DNA of 64,000 nucleotides from Patellaria atrata CBS 101060 (Eukaryota), in assembly GCA_010093705.1 (NCBI GenBank), contig MU006089.1:1180455-1244454 (forward strand), in the 5' to 3' direction. A model generated the notes under the pieces. That model had not been told where the DNA came from. It searched no databases and worked only from the letters and a program-made list of their open reading frames with translations. A program made the translations under genes and the position numbers. This document shows, piece by piece, positions 51,931 through 64,000 of this stretch; within the stretch, counting starts at the first letter, position 1; each line of letters begins with the position of its first letter.

Positions 51931-53211
51931 AGTCTCAACCTAATAGATACCTGGTAGTGACAAAAACTCCAGTAGTATTTTGGTTGCTGTGCACACAGTG
52001 TACCTTAAATGGTGTACAGATGAGCCATGATTTATGCTAAAACCTCAAGGAAAGAAGAGCTGTTCTGATGCATAAGACTGAAAGAAAAATGTTTGAAGAA
52101 AAGCCTGCATTCCAAAATACGATATACTCCTCGCCGTATTTGATCCTCAGCCAAATTCCTCCGTGGAACTGCAGCACAAAATACAAAACCACGTTCACTT
52201 ATCTGATTTCAATAAGGGCTGTCTACTTATATCTTCCCTGAAGCTCTTAAAGAACCCGCGGTTACTGTACGCTTGCTATACTCTGCTGAATGGATACTCG
52301 CACTGAGATCTCGATATCTGTTCGATGTATATACTGTACAGTACAAGCTGTACAGCTGAGAGCCCATTATAGAGTCTAGTCCAGCACATACCGTGAAGTT
52401 AGAGTCCATTTCCAGACCAAGCGTCCAGTAACTTAGGAGTGCTCTGGTAAGCAAAGGGAGAGCTAGAGTTCGAGTCGCTTCTGATCCGATGAAAGATGCG
52501 TGATGTAACAACGCGCAGTGCGGAATTTTATCGAGAGATACTCCGTCACTTGATCTCTACCTACTGTCAGCAATACGATCATTTGGGTCTGTTTCTTAGC
52601 TCGAGACCTGAGTGTTAATTAGCTTTTCGAACAGAGACACCGAATGAGGTTGTCGCTGGTGTTCGCGGTCGGTGGTCGCGTTTACCAGATGGGAAAACTC
52701 TTTTCCGAACCGCCGCTCTACTCCCAGTTCTCATCACTCTTCTTCTCCTTTACACTCCCCCTATGAAGCTGGAAATCGGTCTCATTTTTGCTGACATGCA
52801 TGAGACATCGACCTTCGTCCGCTTTTCCGGCATTTCAAAACCCCCGACGACCTCTAATAGAATTGTTGAGCCAGTATCTCCACGGAACTCCTTTACTTTG
52901 GTGAGAAGGACATGCTCGTGTTGTGTTCAATGACTGCTTCTTGACTAAATATACGAGCAGAGACCATGCAATGTATAAAAAAAAGTGTAGGTTGATGCTT
53001 ACTGATCTTAAGAACTCGGAGGTCGATAGGGCTAAAGCAAATTGGCAATGCAATTGACGGTGTGAAATGAGTAGTATCGTGAAGTTCGATGGCTGTATAT
53101 AAATTCAGGATTCCTTGCTTTCAACAGGGTCGAGTATACTAATTGATTCATTTTCATGAACAATATTCACAACTATCCCCGGTCTATCTATCAACCCAGA
53201 GACCCGCTGAA

Positions 53212-54207
53212 ATGTCAACGTTATCGATCCCCTCTACCGCGAAGACGTTGCTCTATGATGTTGCAACGCAAAAGGTCCAGCTTGTCCAGCACCCTACTCC
53301 TACAGTCACTGTAGATTCCACCGAACACCTCATCCGTGCCCATGCAGCTGCGTTATGTGCTGGCGAACTGTCCTGGCTCTCCAACTTTCCTTCTGGGAAC
53401 CCAGACAAAGAGCCGGTCCCAGCATACGACGTTGCAGGGACTGTTATCATCTCTCCTCTGGGCTCACCCTTCAAACCTGGCGATGCGGTGTATACACGAA
53501 CGAATTATTTCCGAACTGGCTGCGCGAGAGAGTACGCAATAGTACTAACGGAAGAGCTTGGAAGAGTACCTGGTCACCTTACATGGGAAGAAGCTGCATC
53601 GGTGCCATTAAGCGCGATGACAGCATGGCAGGCTCTGTTTGTTCAATCAGGTATCGGGGAGCTGCACGATAAGTCATGGCAAGGGAAGCGAGTGCTTGTG
53701 ACTGCCGCAAGTGGCGCAGTCGGTAACTGGATAGTGCAACTGGCCACGTTGGCGGGTGCTGAAGTTATTGCAACTTGTGGTCCGAAAAACGTGGATTTTG
53801 TAAAGAACTTGGGCGCGAAAGTTGTGCTGAATTATCGAGACATCGGGATCAAAGAGTGGTTCCAGTCGGATTCTGTCCGGCAGGTCGATGTCGTTATCGA
53901 TTGCGTCGGTAACACACCCCTCGAAGAATCTTGGTACGCTGTGAAAAGTGGTGGTATTTTCATGAGCATCGTCCAGCCACCTAATCAGAAAAGACCCTCC
54001 GATGTGGATATACCGGACGTTCGGAATTTCTTTTTCATTATGCAGCCGGACGGTCGTCAAATGTCCTACATCTCGCAACTACTTGAAGAGGGAAAAGTTC
54101 ATCCGGTAGTAGATAGTGTGTGGACTCTAGAAGAGCATGAAGATGCATTTGAGCGGCTGAATAGTGGGCATGCGAGAGGTAAAGTTGTGTTCAAGATTGC
54201 AGACTGA
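53212..54207 (+). CDS. MDR-superfamily (zinc-free, quinone-oxidoreductase-like) NAD(P)H oxidoreductase
   Basis: 'YDVAGTV', 'EEAASVPLSAMTAWQALF', 'RVLVTAASGAVG', 'DVVIDCVG', 'GHARGKVV'. Confidence 0.92.
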   Translation: MSTLSIPSTAKTLLYDVATQKVQLVQHPTPTVTVDSTEHLIRAHAAALCAGELSWLSNFPSGNPDKEPVPAYDVAGTVIISPLGSPFKPGDAVYTRTNYFRTGCAREYAIVLTEELGRVPGHLTWEEAASVPLSAMTAWQALFVQSGIGELHDKSWQGKRVLVTAASGAVGNWIVQLATLAGAEVIATCGPKNVDFVKNLGAKVVLNYRDIGIKEWFQSDSVRQVDVVIDCVGNTPLEESWYAVKSGGIFMSIVQPPNQKRPSDVDIPDVRNFFFIMQPDGRQMSYISQLLEEGKVHPVVDSVWTLEEHEDAFERLNSGHARGKVVFKIAD

Positions 54208-55629
54208 AATCCTTGACGCATGTTCGTCTACAGTACTTTGAGTCAACTTTTCGTACAATTAGACACTTGGCGAGCCTGTATAGTGAAATCTACATAGTCC
54301 ACATATAATCTTAGCATTGGGATAATGGGATAGCAGAGGTTCCTCAATACTTTCCCGTGTACTTAAACTATAAGAATTACTAGATGGAAAGAAATGTATT
54401 ATGACGCCTGTTTAGAAAAATGAATATGAGGAATTGCGCGAGTAATATAGCACCACTCAAAAAACTAGGGGAAGAAAGAATTGTTCCCACAAAGGGCAAA
54501 GCTAGTTAGATGTGGTAGTTTTCTCACCCTCCAGCTAGTCCAGGAGAGTAGTGAAACAACTCACATGGAAGGAAGTATCCAAAAGTATTCATTCAGCTCT
54601 TAAGCTGTAGCCACTTCTTCTCCTCGGTTACTAGTTCTACATTTCATAATGTGCGTTTCTGAATTACATGGTATAGGTAGACCTCCGCTATCTGTAAGGA
54701 GTCTAGAGATACCCCTTACCCCTAGTTGAGCGTAGACTTGGTGTTACCATATAGCAAGCTAGGAAAATCGTGACATAATACTAGAAGAGATCTTTCTTGG
54801 ATTGTGCATACCGGTACTGTAAATACATTTCAACAGCTTGAAGGCAGTGATGTGATGTCGTAGAGAGAACCAAGCACCCTTTCGGAGCTCACAGACGCCG
54901 GGGCGGTCGGCAACCCGGAATTGCGTCACCACGAAAATCGATATCTTCCTCCAGATCATCCCTTGCGAACGGCAAACGAAAAGGACAATTATCGCCTTAT
55001 TTCATGTCCATATCCACCTAGACGATGAGAGAACTGCCGCCGATTCCTGAACTTAAAGCATCTCAAGCCGCGCTCATATCAGTCCGTAGCCTATTGGAAT
55101 GGTGTAATTTTACTCCGTATCTTCTTCAACTACCAGTATTGTCCAACCAAAATCTCTATGTATCAAGCATCTCCTGTCGGTTTTTTCAAACCACGGACTG
55201 TAGAATAAAACATGACAAGGCAAATCATTCATTGCGCTATATCCAAATTGAAGACTTGAGCCCTTACAAGATAACGAAACATGTTGAGGTCCGAGTTTAG
55301 GGCAGACATGCATTTAAAATCTCATCAAGCTTATCATCATGCGTTTCGAGTCTTTCTCGGGTATCCCCCTCTCCCTGTTTGCAGTACTCAAATCTTTGCG
55401 CCCAAAGTAGAACCAGGACGGCCTTATACAACTCATGTTGTATCTTTTATACAGTATAATGGGCTGGCTCTGAACGTCCGTTCAGGCTACACCAAGTGTC
55501 TACCCACTACTGAGGAGCACAAGAGTCAACAGAGAAGCTAAGAACATATTAACTCCACGTAAGCTTCGTGGATCGAGGTTTGCGGGTTTTTTGATGAATG
55601 ATTTTGAGTTCGCTTGTGGCTGAAATGAT

Positions 55630-55869
55630 TCATCTATTGTTCCTTGCATTTTTTCTTGACCTTCTTTGAACCTTCCTTGCATGATATTCTTTTGCATTAT
55701 AAGGGTTAAGGGTAGAATACTCGTGACATATCACCGGGATAATTATTGAGTCGAGTGTGGGGAAGCTGGATGAGCTCGAGGGGTGTGAACAGGGCGGTGA
55801 GGAAGATTTTGGTGATGATTCTGGTGGTGAGAAGATGGTATCAAGGGAATTCTGCCGTTCTAGAGCCAT
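55630..55869 (-). CDS. Possible small Ser/Pro-rich, basic-tailed protein (79 aa)
   Basis: ATG in GCCCGATGG context and protein-like composition, but no recognisable domain. May be spurious. Confidence 0.25.
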   Translation of the reverse strand: MALERQNSLDTIFSPPESSPKSSSPPCSHPSSSSSFPTLDSIIIPVICHEYSTLNPYNAKEYHARKVQRRSRKNARNNR

Positions 55870-56862
55870 CGGGCAATCTTTGGCAATCTAGCATTTAAGC
55901 CAAGATTAACCCGCCATTTTATCCTCCATATTGAAGCGAGACGAACCTCTTGGTCCGCAATAAACTGCTCAATCATTGAAGAAAATGTTGATATTGGGAG
56001 GCGTCTTGGTCCTACACAAGCTGTCAGTTTGCGAAGGTGGTTTGCTCCAGTTTGAGAAGTTGGAGAATTCTCTTTTTGTCCCTGATGGAAATATACGTGG
56101 TACGAGATTCTGCGAAAGACACCACCCCCCTTACAACCCCCCCTCCCACACGCACTTCTCCGAGAGAGTGGGACGGGTGATCTCTAGGGCGATCGATGGC
56201 TGATGATTCACGTACTAATGTCGATCGAACAGGGCCGGATGCGTGTTGAGGAGGTGGGCACAATCGCTGGTGGAGGGGCAGAAAGAGGCAGAATTGGTGG
56301 ATGAGAGCATCACCACTTCCTCAAGCCATTTTCCAAACCGACCAGATAGATTCAATGTCCTGGAACGTTCCGTCTTGCCGGGCCGCCAGACCATCATCTA
56401 ATGTACTTTTGTATATTATGCCTATACGCAAACAATATCTCGCCATAACTTACTCTACCTCCCTCCAATACCACACCATGTGCGACGCAAATCTGCGCTC
56501 TACCGAGCTCGTCTATGAGGATCCTTGGGATTACCATGTCTCGAAATTATGATGGCTCTCTTGGTCTAACGCTGGTTCAATCGAGCCACAATGTGGGGAA
56601 ATAGACAACTATCTTTGCATCTTCTCAGCGGTAATCAGAGTCAAATTCAATTCCAACTGCCCGATATCGTACATCACTCTATCTGTTCTCTCCGTTCAAA
56701 CACTGTCTACGATGCTTCATACGATGCTGCAATTCGGCTTTCGATTGCATGTTGACCTCATCGACTTGAGATGAACTACTCTCTAGTTTGCGGTTTCTCG
56801 ATTAAGTTTACTGTGTGCCTTCGTATCTGTACTTGCTATTGAGATAGCTCTTGGTCGGAGCT

Positions 56863-59094
56863 ATGCCAATGGCGATATTTGGCACACACTTTGGCACCCA
56901 CGCTATTCTTGCCTCGTATCTCTTCTCGTGTTCGAATGCCGTTGCAGTAAAAAGATCTGGTACGTGATATAACTCAACCCTCTTGAACATATGCTCAGAA
57001 TGCCTACAGTAACGCCGATACTGCCCATGTCATGGTCGAATTCATCGACGACTGTCTCTACTGAGCCTTTGACCGCTTCATCATCTATACTAACTTCTCC
57101 TCCTACCATAACGGAAATTCATTCGACCGTCTTAGTGTCAATATCTTTACCGGGCACTGGATCTTCCATAGGTATGATATACGTTATTCGTGATCAAACA
57201 TCGCTCATCGGTTCTGTTAGGAACTACTTTCAATGCTACCGAGACCACAAGCATTAATTCCACCGCCGTGGTTACTCCCTCACGGACGAGGACGAGGACA
57301 AGGACGAGAACTTGGTCAAAAACCAGGACAAGGACTCGATCAAGAACTTGGACGGGAGCGTGGAATGGGACCCGAACACGGACTCGAACAGGTCTACCAG
57401 GAACTCGATATGAAGAGCCAACGTCGACGGAAACGGATGAGGATGACGGAATGGGAGGTTGGATGACGATTGGAGCAGTCCATGGTGAGCAAACCGCGAG
57501 CATATTGGATCTTCCGACCGGATGGTGGGATGAGGAAGATGGAGATGATGAGGAAGATGGAGGTGGTTGGTGGATGACCATCGCCCAAGCGCATAGCGAA
57601 TCCGAGGAGACAATAATCGATCTACCGACTCCAAAGCCAGGTTTCGATCCTGACAGAGACTGTCCTTGGTGCGTCGAGCATGCAGAAGTTTCTGAAACTC
57701 TGACTGGCGCACCTACCGCCACGGATATAAAACCGGATATACTCCGGACCGACACCGATCTAATTCAATCACATAGTACCAGTATCCGAATGAACAACAT
57801 ACCCCAATCGCAAATAGATCCTTCCCGAAACAGTCCTACCCGAATATTCACTCGACCATCAGTTCCGCTGGTAAATAGGCCATCAGCTCGCCCGTTAACC
57901 AGACCTACGCAACCCTTGACTGGAGGAGGCCGCCCGGTCATCACCGTTGGTTCTTCCACTATCCCTATCCGTACCGTCGATGTACCTCGGGTGGAATCGG
58001 GCGCAACCGTAACTTCTAGAGCCTTTATAATCGGCTCTTCCACCGTCTCTGCTGGTCAAACAATCACTATCAACAACACACCCGTCGCAGTAAACGTTAG
58101 ACCGGAAGCGACACAAATTGCCGTCGGCGGCATGACCCTTCCATTCTTCTCTCCTCCTCGTAATGGAGTGTCTAATGTAAACAACGCCGGTGAAAATGCC
58201 GGTGAAAATTCCGTTGATAATTCTGGTCAAAATGCTGGTCAAAATGACGATGAAGACTCTGGCGAGAATGACAGTGAAGATGCCAGTGGAAATTCAGGGG
58301 AAAATGCCAACGCACATCAGAGCTTCCACCCCATCACTGTATCCGGTCAGGTGCTTGCTGAGACCGACTCCGGCGGTATCCTTATCCAGGGGCAAACCCT
58401 CACCCCAGGCTCCGTCATAGCCATTGACAACAATGGCGCACCCCTTATTATTAGCCTCGACATGTCTCCCGACGGTGTCCGGGAGCTGGTCTTCGGCGGT
58501 ACATCCACCATCACTCTTCCACCTACTCAAACAATCCCGCCGAACCCTCTTCTCTCCATTAACGGCGAAATCATCGCGCCCAACTCACAAGGTCGCTACA
58601 TTGTAGACAACCAAACTCTCACTCCTGGCGGTCCCCCCATCACCGTTTCAGGATCCGTCATCTCTCTCGCCCCCTCCGCAACCTTTGTCGTCGTCGACGG
58701 AACGACGTCGAAGATGATACTCCCAACGGCCGCATTCGTCGAAGCTGGAGAATACGTCTTCACAACCACGATGCCGGCATTGCTCACCATGGGCGACGAG
58801 GTCTATACCGCCAACTCCCAAGGCAACTTCATCATCGAAGGCCAAACCCTCCGACCAGGCGAAGTCGTCACAGTCGACGGTACGAGGGTTAGTCTCGATT
58901 CCGAAGCGACGGAAGTCGTCGTCGGCACCAAGGCCGAGGAGTTAGGCGTCATTACCACCGTTGTCACGGTCAGGGGGCCCCGGGAAACCGGAACAAAGAC
59001 CAAGACCGGCGCTGCGGGGAAGAGATATTCTGTTGGCTGGATTCGGATTTGGCTGGGAGTTGTCGGTGCGTCGGCGATTTTAGGTTTATGGTGA
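56863..59094 (+). CDS. Secreted Thr-rich mucin/adhesin-like protein with probable GPI signal (3 exons)
   Basis: Signal-like N-terminus ending AVKR; introns 56960-57010 and 57172-57220 join three frames; repeated 'QTLTPG..IT(V/I)..G..ISL' units; hydrophobic C-terminus 'IWLGVVGASAILGLW'. Confidence 0.78.
58192..58311 (+). repeat. Degenerate 12-bp coding tandem repeat (10 units; ENAG/ENSV/DNSG/QNAG...)
   Basis: GAAAATGCCGGT GAAAATTCCGTT GATAATTCTGGT CAAAATGCTGGT ... Confidence 0.8.
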
Positions 59095-59360
59095 TAGAGG
59101 ATCGGAATACCCCCCTTTTTTGTTGTCGTTGTTGTATAGTGCTATCCTCCCGACCCTCTGTGTATGAGGGAGATGTAGAGGGAGTCTTTATGCTGTATCC
59201 GAGGGCGGACATCTGTTGGCGTTTGGCCTACATGGAGCTCTGCGAGTGGTATCCATGGGTGATATCACATCGTTGGCCCTGAGTCGCTCCATGGCATAGG
59301 AGCGGTGTGTATTGTATATAGGGTATATGGATTTATAAGATTTATCTTGTCGCATCTCAC

Positions 59361-60790
59361 TCACACCTTGGCCAACTCGACCCTCTGCTCCGTCGTCCTT
59401 CCCAACCCTTCCTTCGCGTAAAAGTCCATCGGATATACCTCCTCGACCCCCTTATTCCCATCCATCCATCCCGCCTCTCTGACACCTAATGTCACGAGCG
59501 CCTCATACGGACTCAGTAGCGGCCGCTCGAATGCATATCCCCAGTCTATGCTCAACCGCGGACACGCGATCTGCACCCACGCCTCGACGTCGGCCATCAT
59601 GGCGAGTTTCCCGGGGAAGATTTCCGACAGGAGGACGTTGACGACCGGGATGCCGCGCTCGGCGAGCAGGTTCTCGATCAGCGTCATTGTGTGCGGGTTC
59701 CCCTGGCGTCCGAGGCTCCCGAGTATAATGCCCCATTTCCTCGCGTGGCGGGCCAGCATGACGGCGGCGCTGCGGAGGCGGTAGAGTTCACCGTGGTCGT
59801 AGGTTTCGTGCGTAAGGCGGCGCGAGTAAGGGTCGTAGCGATAGGCGGGGAGGGAGGGGTTGTGGATCATGGCGCTTTCGAGATGGAAGCGGCCGTCGCC
59901 GAGGTAGAGGATCAGGTCTGCGGCTGTGTTGTCTTTTTCATCCTTGGAAAGACGCGGAGAGGTGCAGCCGAGAATTTCGCCTTTGCTGAGCGGTGTCGAT
60001 TGGGGGATCATGATGTTGAAGCCTGCGTTTCGGAGAGCCGGGGCGGTGTTGTGGATTGTGCTGTTGAATTGGATCGTTCCTACCATCGCGATGGTCTTGC
60101 CGAGCTGGAAGTTGCGAGTGAGGGTCTGCAGGAGATGAGTTGTGTCGATTGAGATGGCGACGAAGATGTAGAGGGTTGCGATTTTGGTTGTCGAGACGGG
60201 GATTAGACAGCTGTGTGCGTAATGGATCAACAGGTCGCATCCCAGAGCCCGGGCGGTGAAATCGTCGATACAACAGGCACCGTAGGTGACATCTCCCATT
60301 ATCAGCGTCTCGGTGTCTGGACAGAACCGAGTGATGATGTCTGATATAGTCGTGGCGAACAGTAGCAGGCCCTCGGGGAACTGTAACGCGACCTTCTTCG
60401 CCCCTGAACTCCGCACGCGGTGTATGGTCTTATGTAACTCAAATGAGTAATTTGAGGGAAGTAGAGCAATGGCTGTATTGATATCAGGGTCTGAGAGGAT
60501 AGAATTGGGAATATTGTGCAAGGCACGAGCAGTCCTCCGAGGTTGTGTAACTAATCATGGCCCTGTCAGAGTTATTCAAGTGATATTGAGAAGTTTCAGA
60601 GCGAGTGCGGACCTTGTATAGCTCCACTCTCCTCGATATTCACATTGGGATCGTTTTGGGAGGACTTTTCTGCTGCTGCCCGCCGTCCTACGAATCTCTT
60701 CTTTGGAATCTTAGGAACTGTGGTGGCATCTCCATCTATATCGGTGGGGATATCGAAGCCTAGATTGGTTGGAAGTCTGTCTTCTTCCAT
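59361..60790 (-). CDS. DPH1: Diphthamide biosynthesis protein 1 (2 exons)
   Basis: 'PKKRFVGRR', '[12 protein letters not shown]', 'VALQFPEGL', '[12 protein letters not shown]', 'GEILGCTSP', 'GDGRFHLES', '[12 protein letters not shown]', 'YPMDFY'. Confidence 0.96.
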
Positions 60791-61427
60791 TCCGTTTCAA
60801 GATCCGCGGTTAGATTTCTGATCTTTGATTAGAAAATATTTGTATGAGAACTGTGTAAGGAGTAGAAAGACTCGAAAAAAGTTCCCCGCGGTGGTGACGG
60901 TGCCGAGGCCACCATTCAAAGGATCACTCAGCACGCAAAGCCACCCCTGAGGGCCCTGACTGGCTGTCCGTTCAAGTCCGCACCCCCAATTCTCTTAGAA
61001 CAACTCCATCAACCACAATCCTTTCACTGTAAACTGCCTCCTCATGAAATATCGCACGCCTGATTTGACTATATAGTTCCCTCAGAATATTTCCGAGTCT
61101 CTATCGGCCCTTCCTCCCCTTGTTCCGAGGGGAAAGACTCGGTTGTATGATCGTCGCTTCTGTTCTCTTTGAGCACAAATTACTATCCCCCTGTATGGAG
61201 ATCAATGAAACTATAGGACTCACTAAACGTACACCTTGGACCTGGTTGTATTTAGTGCTTATATAGGTTATCGATAAGTTCAGCATGTAGTATTATCGAG
61301 CTCAGGAATCAGTTTGACCATTCCTCACCGACTGGGTTCACTAATCAAACAACATAGAACCTAGAAGCCCTTTGAGTATTTATTCTTGACTGACGGCTAC
61401 AGAATCTAGAGTCGGTATCCAGTCCAG

Positions 61428-62120
61428 ATGGCGCTTGACCAGAACGTCACCTTCTCTACTATCCGAATCCCCAAGGGCACACCTCATATCGAGTCTCTCG
61501 CCGAGCAGTTCAAAGACTTTAAACTGACCGCCTTACAAGCGTCTCCGGAAGCTTTTGCTGCCAAATTTGAGGATGAGAACCTTCTCCCTACCGCAGTATG
61601 GGTCAAACGGCTTACCACGCCAGGCCATCAAATATTCATTGCACTTGCAACCCACGATGCGGAGGAAGATGACGTTACAAAACTGCTGAAGGGTAGCTGG
61701 ATTGGCATGTTCACATTGATAGGCCCAGTACCATACGATGAATTCATATGGCCGGAGAGTGGTGCTCCCCTACCTGGATCTGACGGGACGGAAACGAGAT
61801 GGCAGATGACAGCACTGTACACCAACCCAGATTACCGTGGCAAAGGAATTGCGAAGAAGCTCATCAACACCGCCATTGACTTTGGTCAAGAATACTCTCA
61901 AACCCTAGGGCCGGGCGTGAAGACTAGATTCAGACTTTTCGTACACCCGAACAATACTGTTGTCTTGAAGATGTACGAGGGGATGGGTTTCGTGGACGCG
62001 GGTAAGGTGACCCTCGCTGAGGCTTTCATAGCGGTTGGTGAAGCAGATTTGATCCCCAAGGATCCGGATCCAGCGGTGTGGCATCTTCGCGCAGGATATG
62101 GGATGGAGCATTCGGTATAA
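61428..62120 (+). CDS. GNAT-family N-acetyltransferase
   Basis: 'LTALQASPEAF', 'ALYTNPDYRGKGIAKKLI', 'NNTVVLKMYEGMGF'. Confidence 0.88.
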   Translation: MALDQNVTFSTIRIPKGTPHIESLAEQFKDFKLTALQASPEAFAAKFEDENLLPTAVWVKRLTTPGHQIFIALATHDAEEDDVTKLLKGSWIGMFTLIGPVPYDEFIWPESGAPLPGSDGTETRWQMTALYTNPDYRGKGIAKKLINTAIDFGQEYSQTLGPGVKTRFRLFVHPNNTVVLKMYEGMGFVDAGKVTLAEAFIAVGEADLIPKDPDPAVWHLRAGYGMEHSV

Positions 62121-64000
62121 CTGGGTTTCAATTGTGAATGAATCGTCATGAGAACGATAAAGAAGTTGTCGGTCGTGGCTTATTATGACTTCTCTTCGTT
62201 TTTACTGTACAGTACTGACATATCAACTGAGGCAAGGGGACTAAGTGGCTTTCTTACGTATTATTTCACCAACCACAACTTAATATGACTGGCCTTTAAA
62301 TGAGGAACAAGTATCATGGTCCTCGAGCGTATATGGTGATAATGATTCTAAACTACTAGAGGCGAGATTGGATTTTTATCTCCCTTTCCACGACAGATAT
62401 GAAAGAAGTGACCTTATTGGACTAGTTAATTTCCTGAACAGCAAAGAATCGCCTTTTCTTTGTTGTCCACTCTTGACGATTAAAATGACCTCGAGACGGA
62501 TCGGAGTGTTTCTTGAAACTACAGTAGGTAACGCCAGTTAACTGTACGCCACACTTGGTGTTGGCTCCCGAAACGAGCTTCCTTGAGATTTGTTTCATCT
62601 CAACCACACCAACCAGCAGCACCATCTCTACTTTCCCATTTTATTGCAAATTTTTGATGGAAACGTCTATCTTCATCGACCTAGACATTGGTACAAGCCG
62701 TATCGAGTGAGCGCTGCACGTTACACCCATTGATATCCTCCTTTCTAGTTGCTACTAGAAAGCCAGGGGCTAACGAGTTTCCTACTCTCTCTCTAGATCC
62801 GCTCGGCCTACCCGTTCTAAGCTGGCTATAATGTTGGGTAGGGTATGCTGCATGTCTCATTGCGGATGTAAATGCACTTTGCCAATGACAAGTGGCGATA
62901 CAGTTGTAGCCAACCTGACAGGTGTTATATGCCACTTCTCAATGAACGCCGAAGCCGAACGATTAAAGGAAATCAGCGGCCTGGAATTCCTACATCATCA
63001 CGCCTGGTTCAGACAAGCTTGAGGTTCCTTTAGAGTTTTTCTTTGTCTTCCATCCATCTCATCTCATCTTTTGTTCCTCCAATCACAGATTCAGTTCATC
63101 AGGCACACTGTTGGCGGTTACAGCGACAGTCAAGCCAGCCCACTGTGGCTCATATAGACGACAAAACGGATCAGTCACATCAGCTGGCAACTGGCACGCT
63201 CAGCATGTTTTCCAACCAAATTCTTCATCTCGTTTTTCTGTCAGTAAACTTCTCTACCCTTGTTAACCCTCTCTCTTGAATTTAGCACTACCATATTTCC
63301 GGTAGTCAGCCTCGAAGTCTTCCGGCCAGGTACCCCAATTAAAAACTACAACTCCGTTAAGACACTTATGCCGTAAATTCGTCTAGACGGAAGCTGATGT
63401 CCTCCTGTTGTAACTCACAGACCTATCGAATCGGCGAGCGTCCAGTTGTAGTTACGCTTAACTTGATATGGTAGTTCTCCGCATCGGAGCTATCCAGCTT
63501 CGACCTGAAACAAAACAAGCTCCCTCCGAAACTCTGCGAGACTCCATATAGTTCATTTGGTTCCTAATGACCTAATCCAACACCACCAATCGCCAAAGAA
63601 ATAGATTGTTTGTGCCGAGCCTTCGACTTCTCTTTGTGTTGTATCTTCTTCCATCTCCTTGTGTGATATGTGGAGATGTGGCTGCAAAGCTCGGCTCCCT
63701 CGCGATATGTTCTAGAGACCAAGGGGACCCTTAGCCCACATAACCTTGTGATAAAGTAGTTGATTTGTGTTTGTTTTAAGATGACAAAGCTTAAACGCCC
63801 CTGATACAGAAGGAAGTACCATTTTAGGGGTTAGGCCTTTCTGGTCGGTTCTTCGATATAAAGGATAGTCGACGTCTCTCGTCCGTTATGGCTTCATCCA
63901 TAGCAAAGTAGGTCTTCTTTCCTGACTTCTAGTCACTCCTTTTTGTAAACCTATCTTGGGTATTAGTTGCCATTATGCAAACCCTTCTTTCAGTAAGTTT

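Noticed and set aside
40640..59094. Ustiloxin-type RiPP cluster (tyrosinase + FMO + regulator)
   Set aside because: No DUF3328/UstY gene and no Kex2-delimited repeated precursor peptide found in the window.
59361..59372. Dph1 C-terminal AKV as a peroxisomal signal; cryptic PTS1 by readthrough in other enzymes
   Set aside because: AKV is a weak variant on a cytosolic Fe-S enzyme. No TGA-CTA readthrough context or PTS1 extension after the LYS9, MDR, FMO or GNAT stops.

Overview
Gene-dense, intron-containing eukaryotic DNA from a filamentous ascomycete (Pezizomycotina-like; inferred from GT-AG introns of about 45-180 nt with CTRAY branch sites and from gene content). There is one 100-N scaffold gap. 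About 23 protein-coding genes are supportable, in order: ArfGAP-type C-terminus (partial), small bZIP-basic-region protein, SWIM zinc-finger protein, conserved RRxS-rich protein, peroxisomal enoyl-CoA hydratase, GT61 glycosyltransferase, a hypothetical protein, amino-acid permease, a compact housekeeping block (Chk2-type FHA kinase, Atg10, U1A/U2B'', ARPC1/Arc40, Lys9), ABCA transporter, GH43-CBM35, secreted tyrosinase, PTH11-like membrane protein, Zn2Cys6 factor, FMO-like/DUF6314-like fusion, MDR oxidoreductase, GPI/mucin-like protein, Dph1 and a GNAT acetyltransferase. The most unusual non-genic signal is a ~466-bp foldback at 35586-36051. Its two ~120-bp arms are degenerate, inward-facing tRNA-Leu/Ser-like sequences with Pol III A-boxes. 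All calls come from reading the sequence by eye; no searches or folding programs were run.
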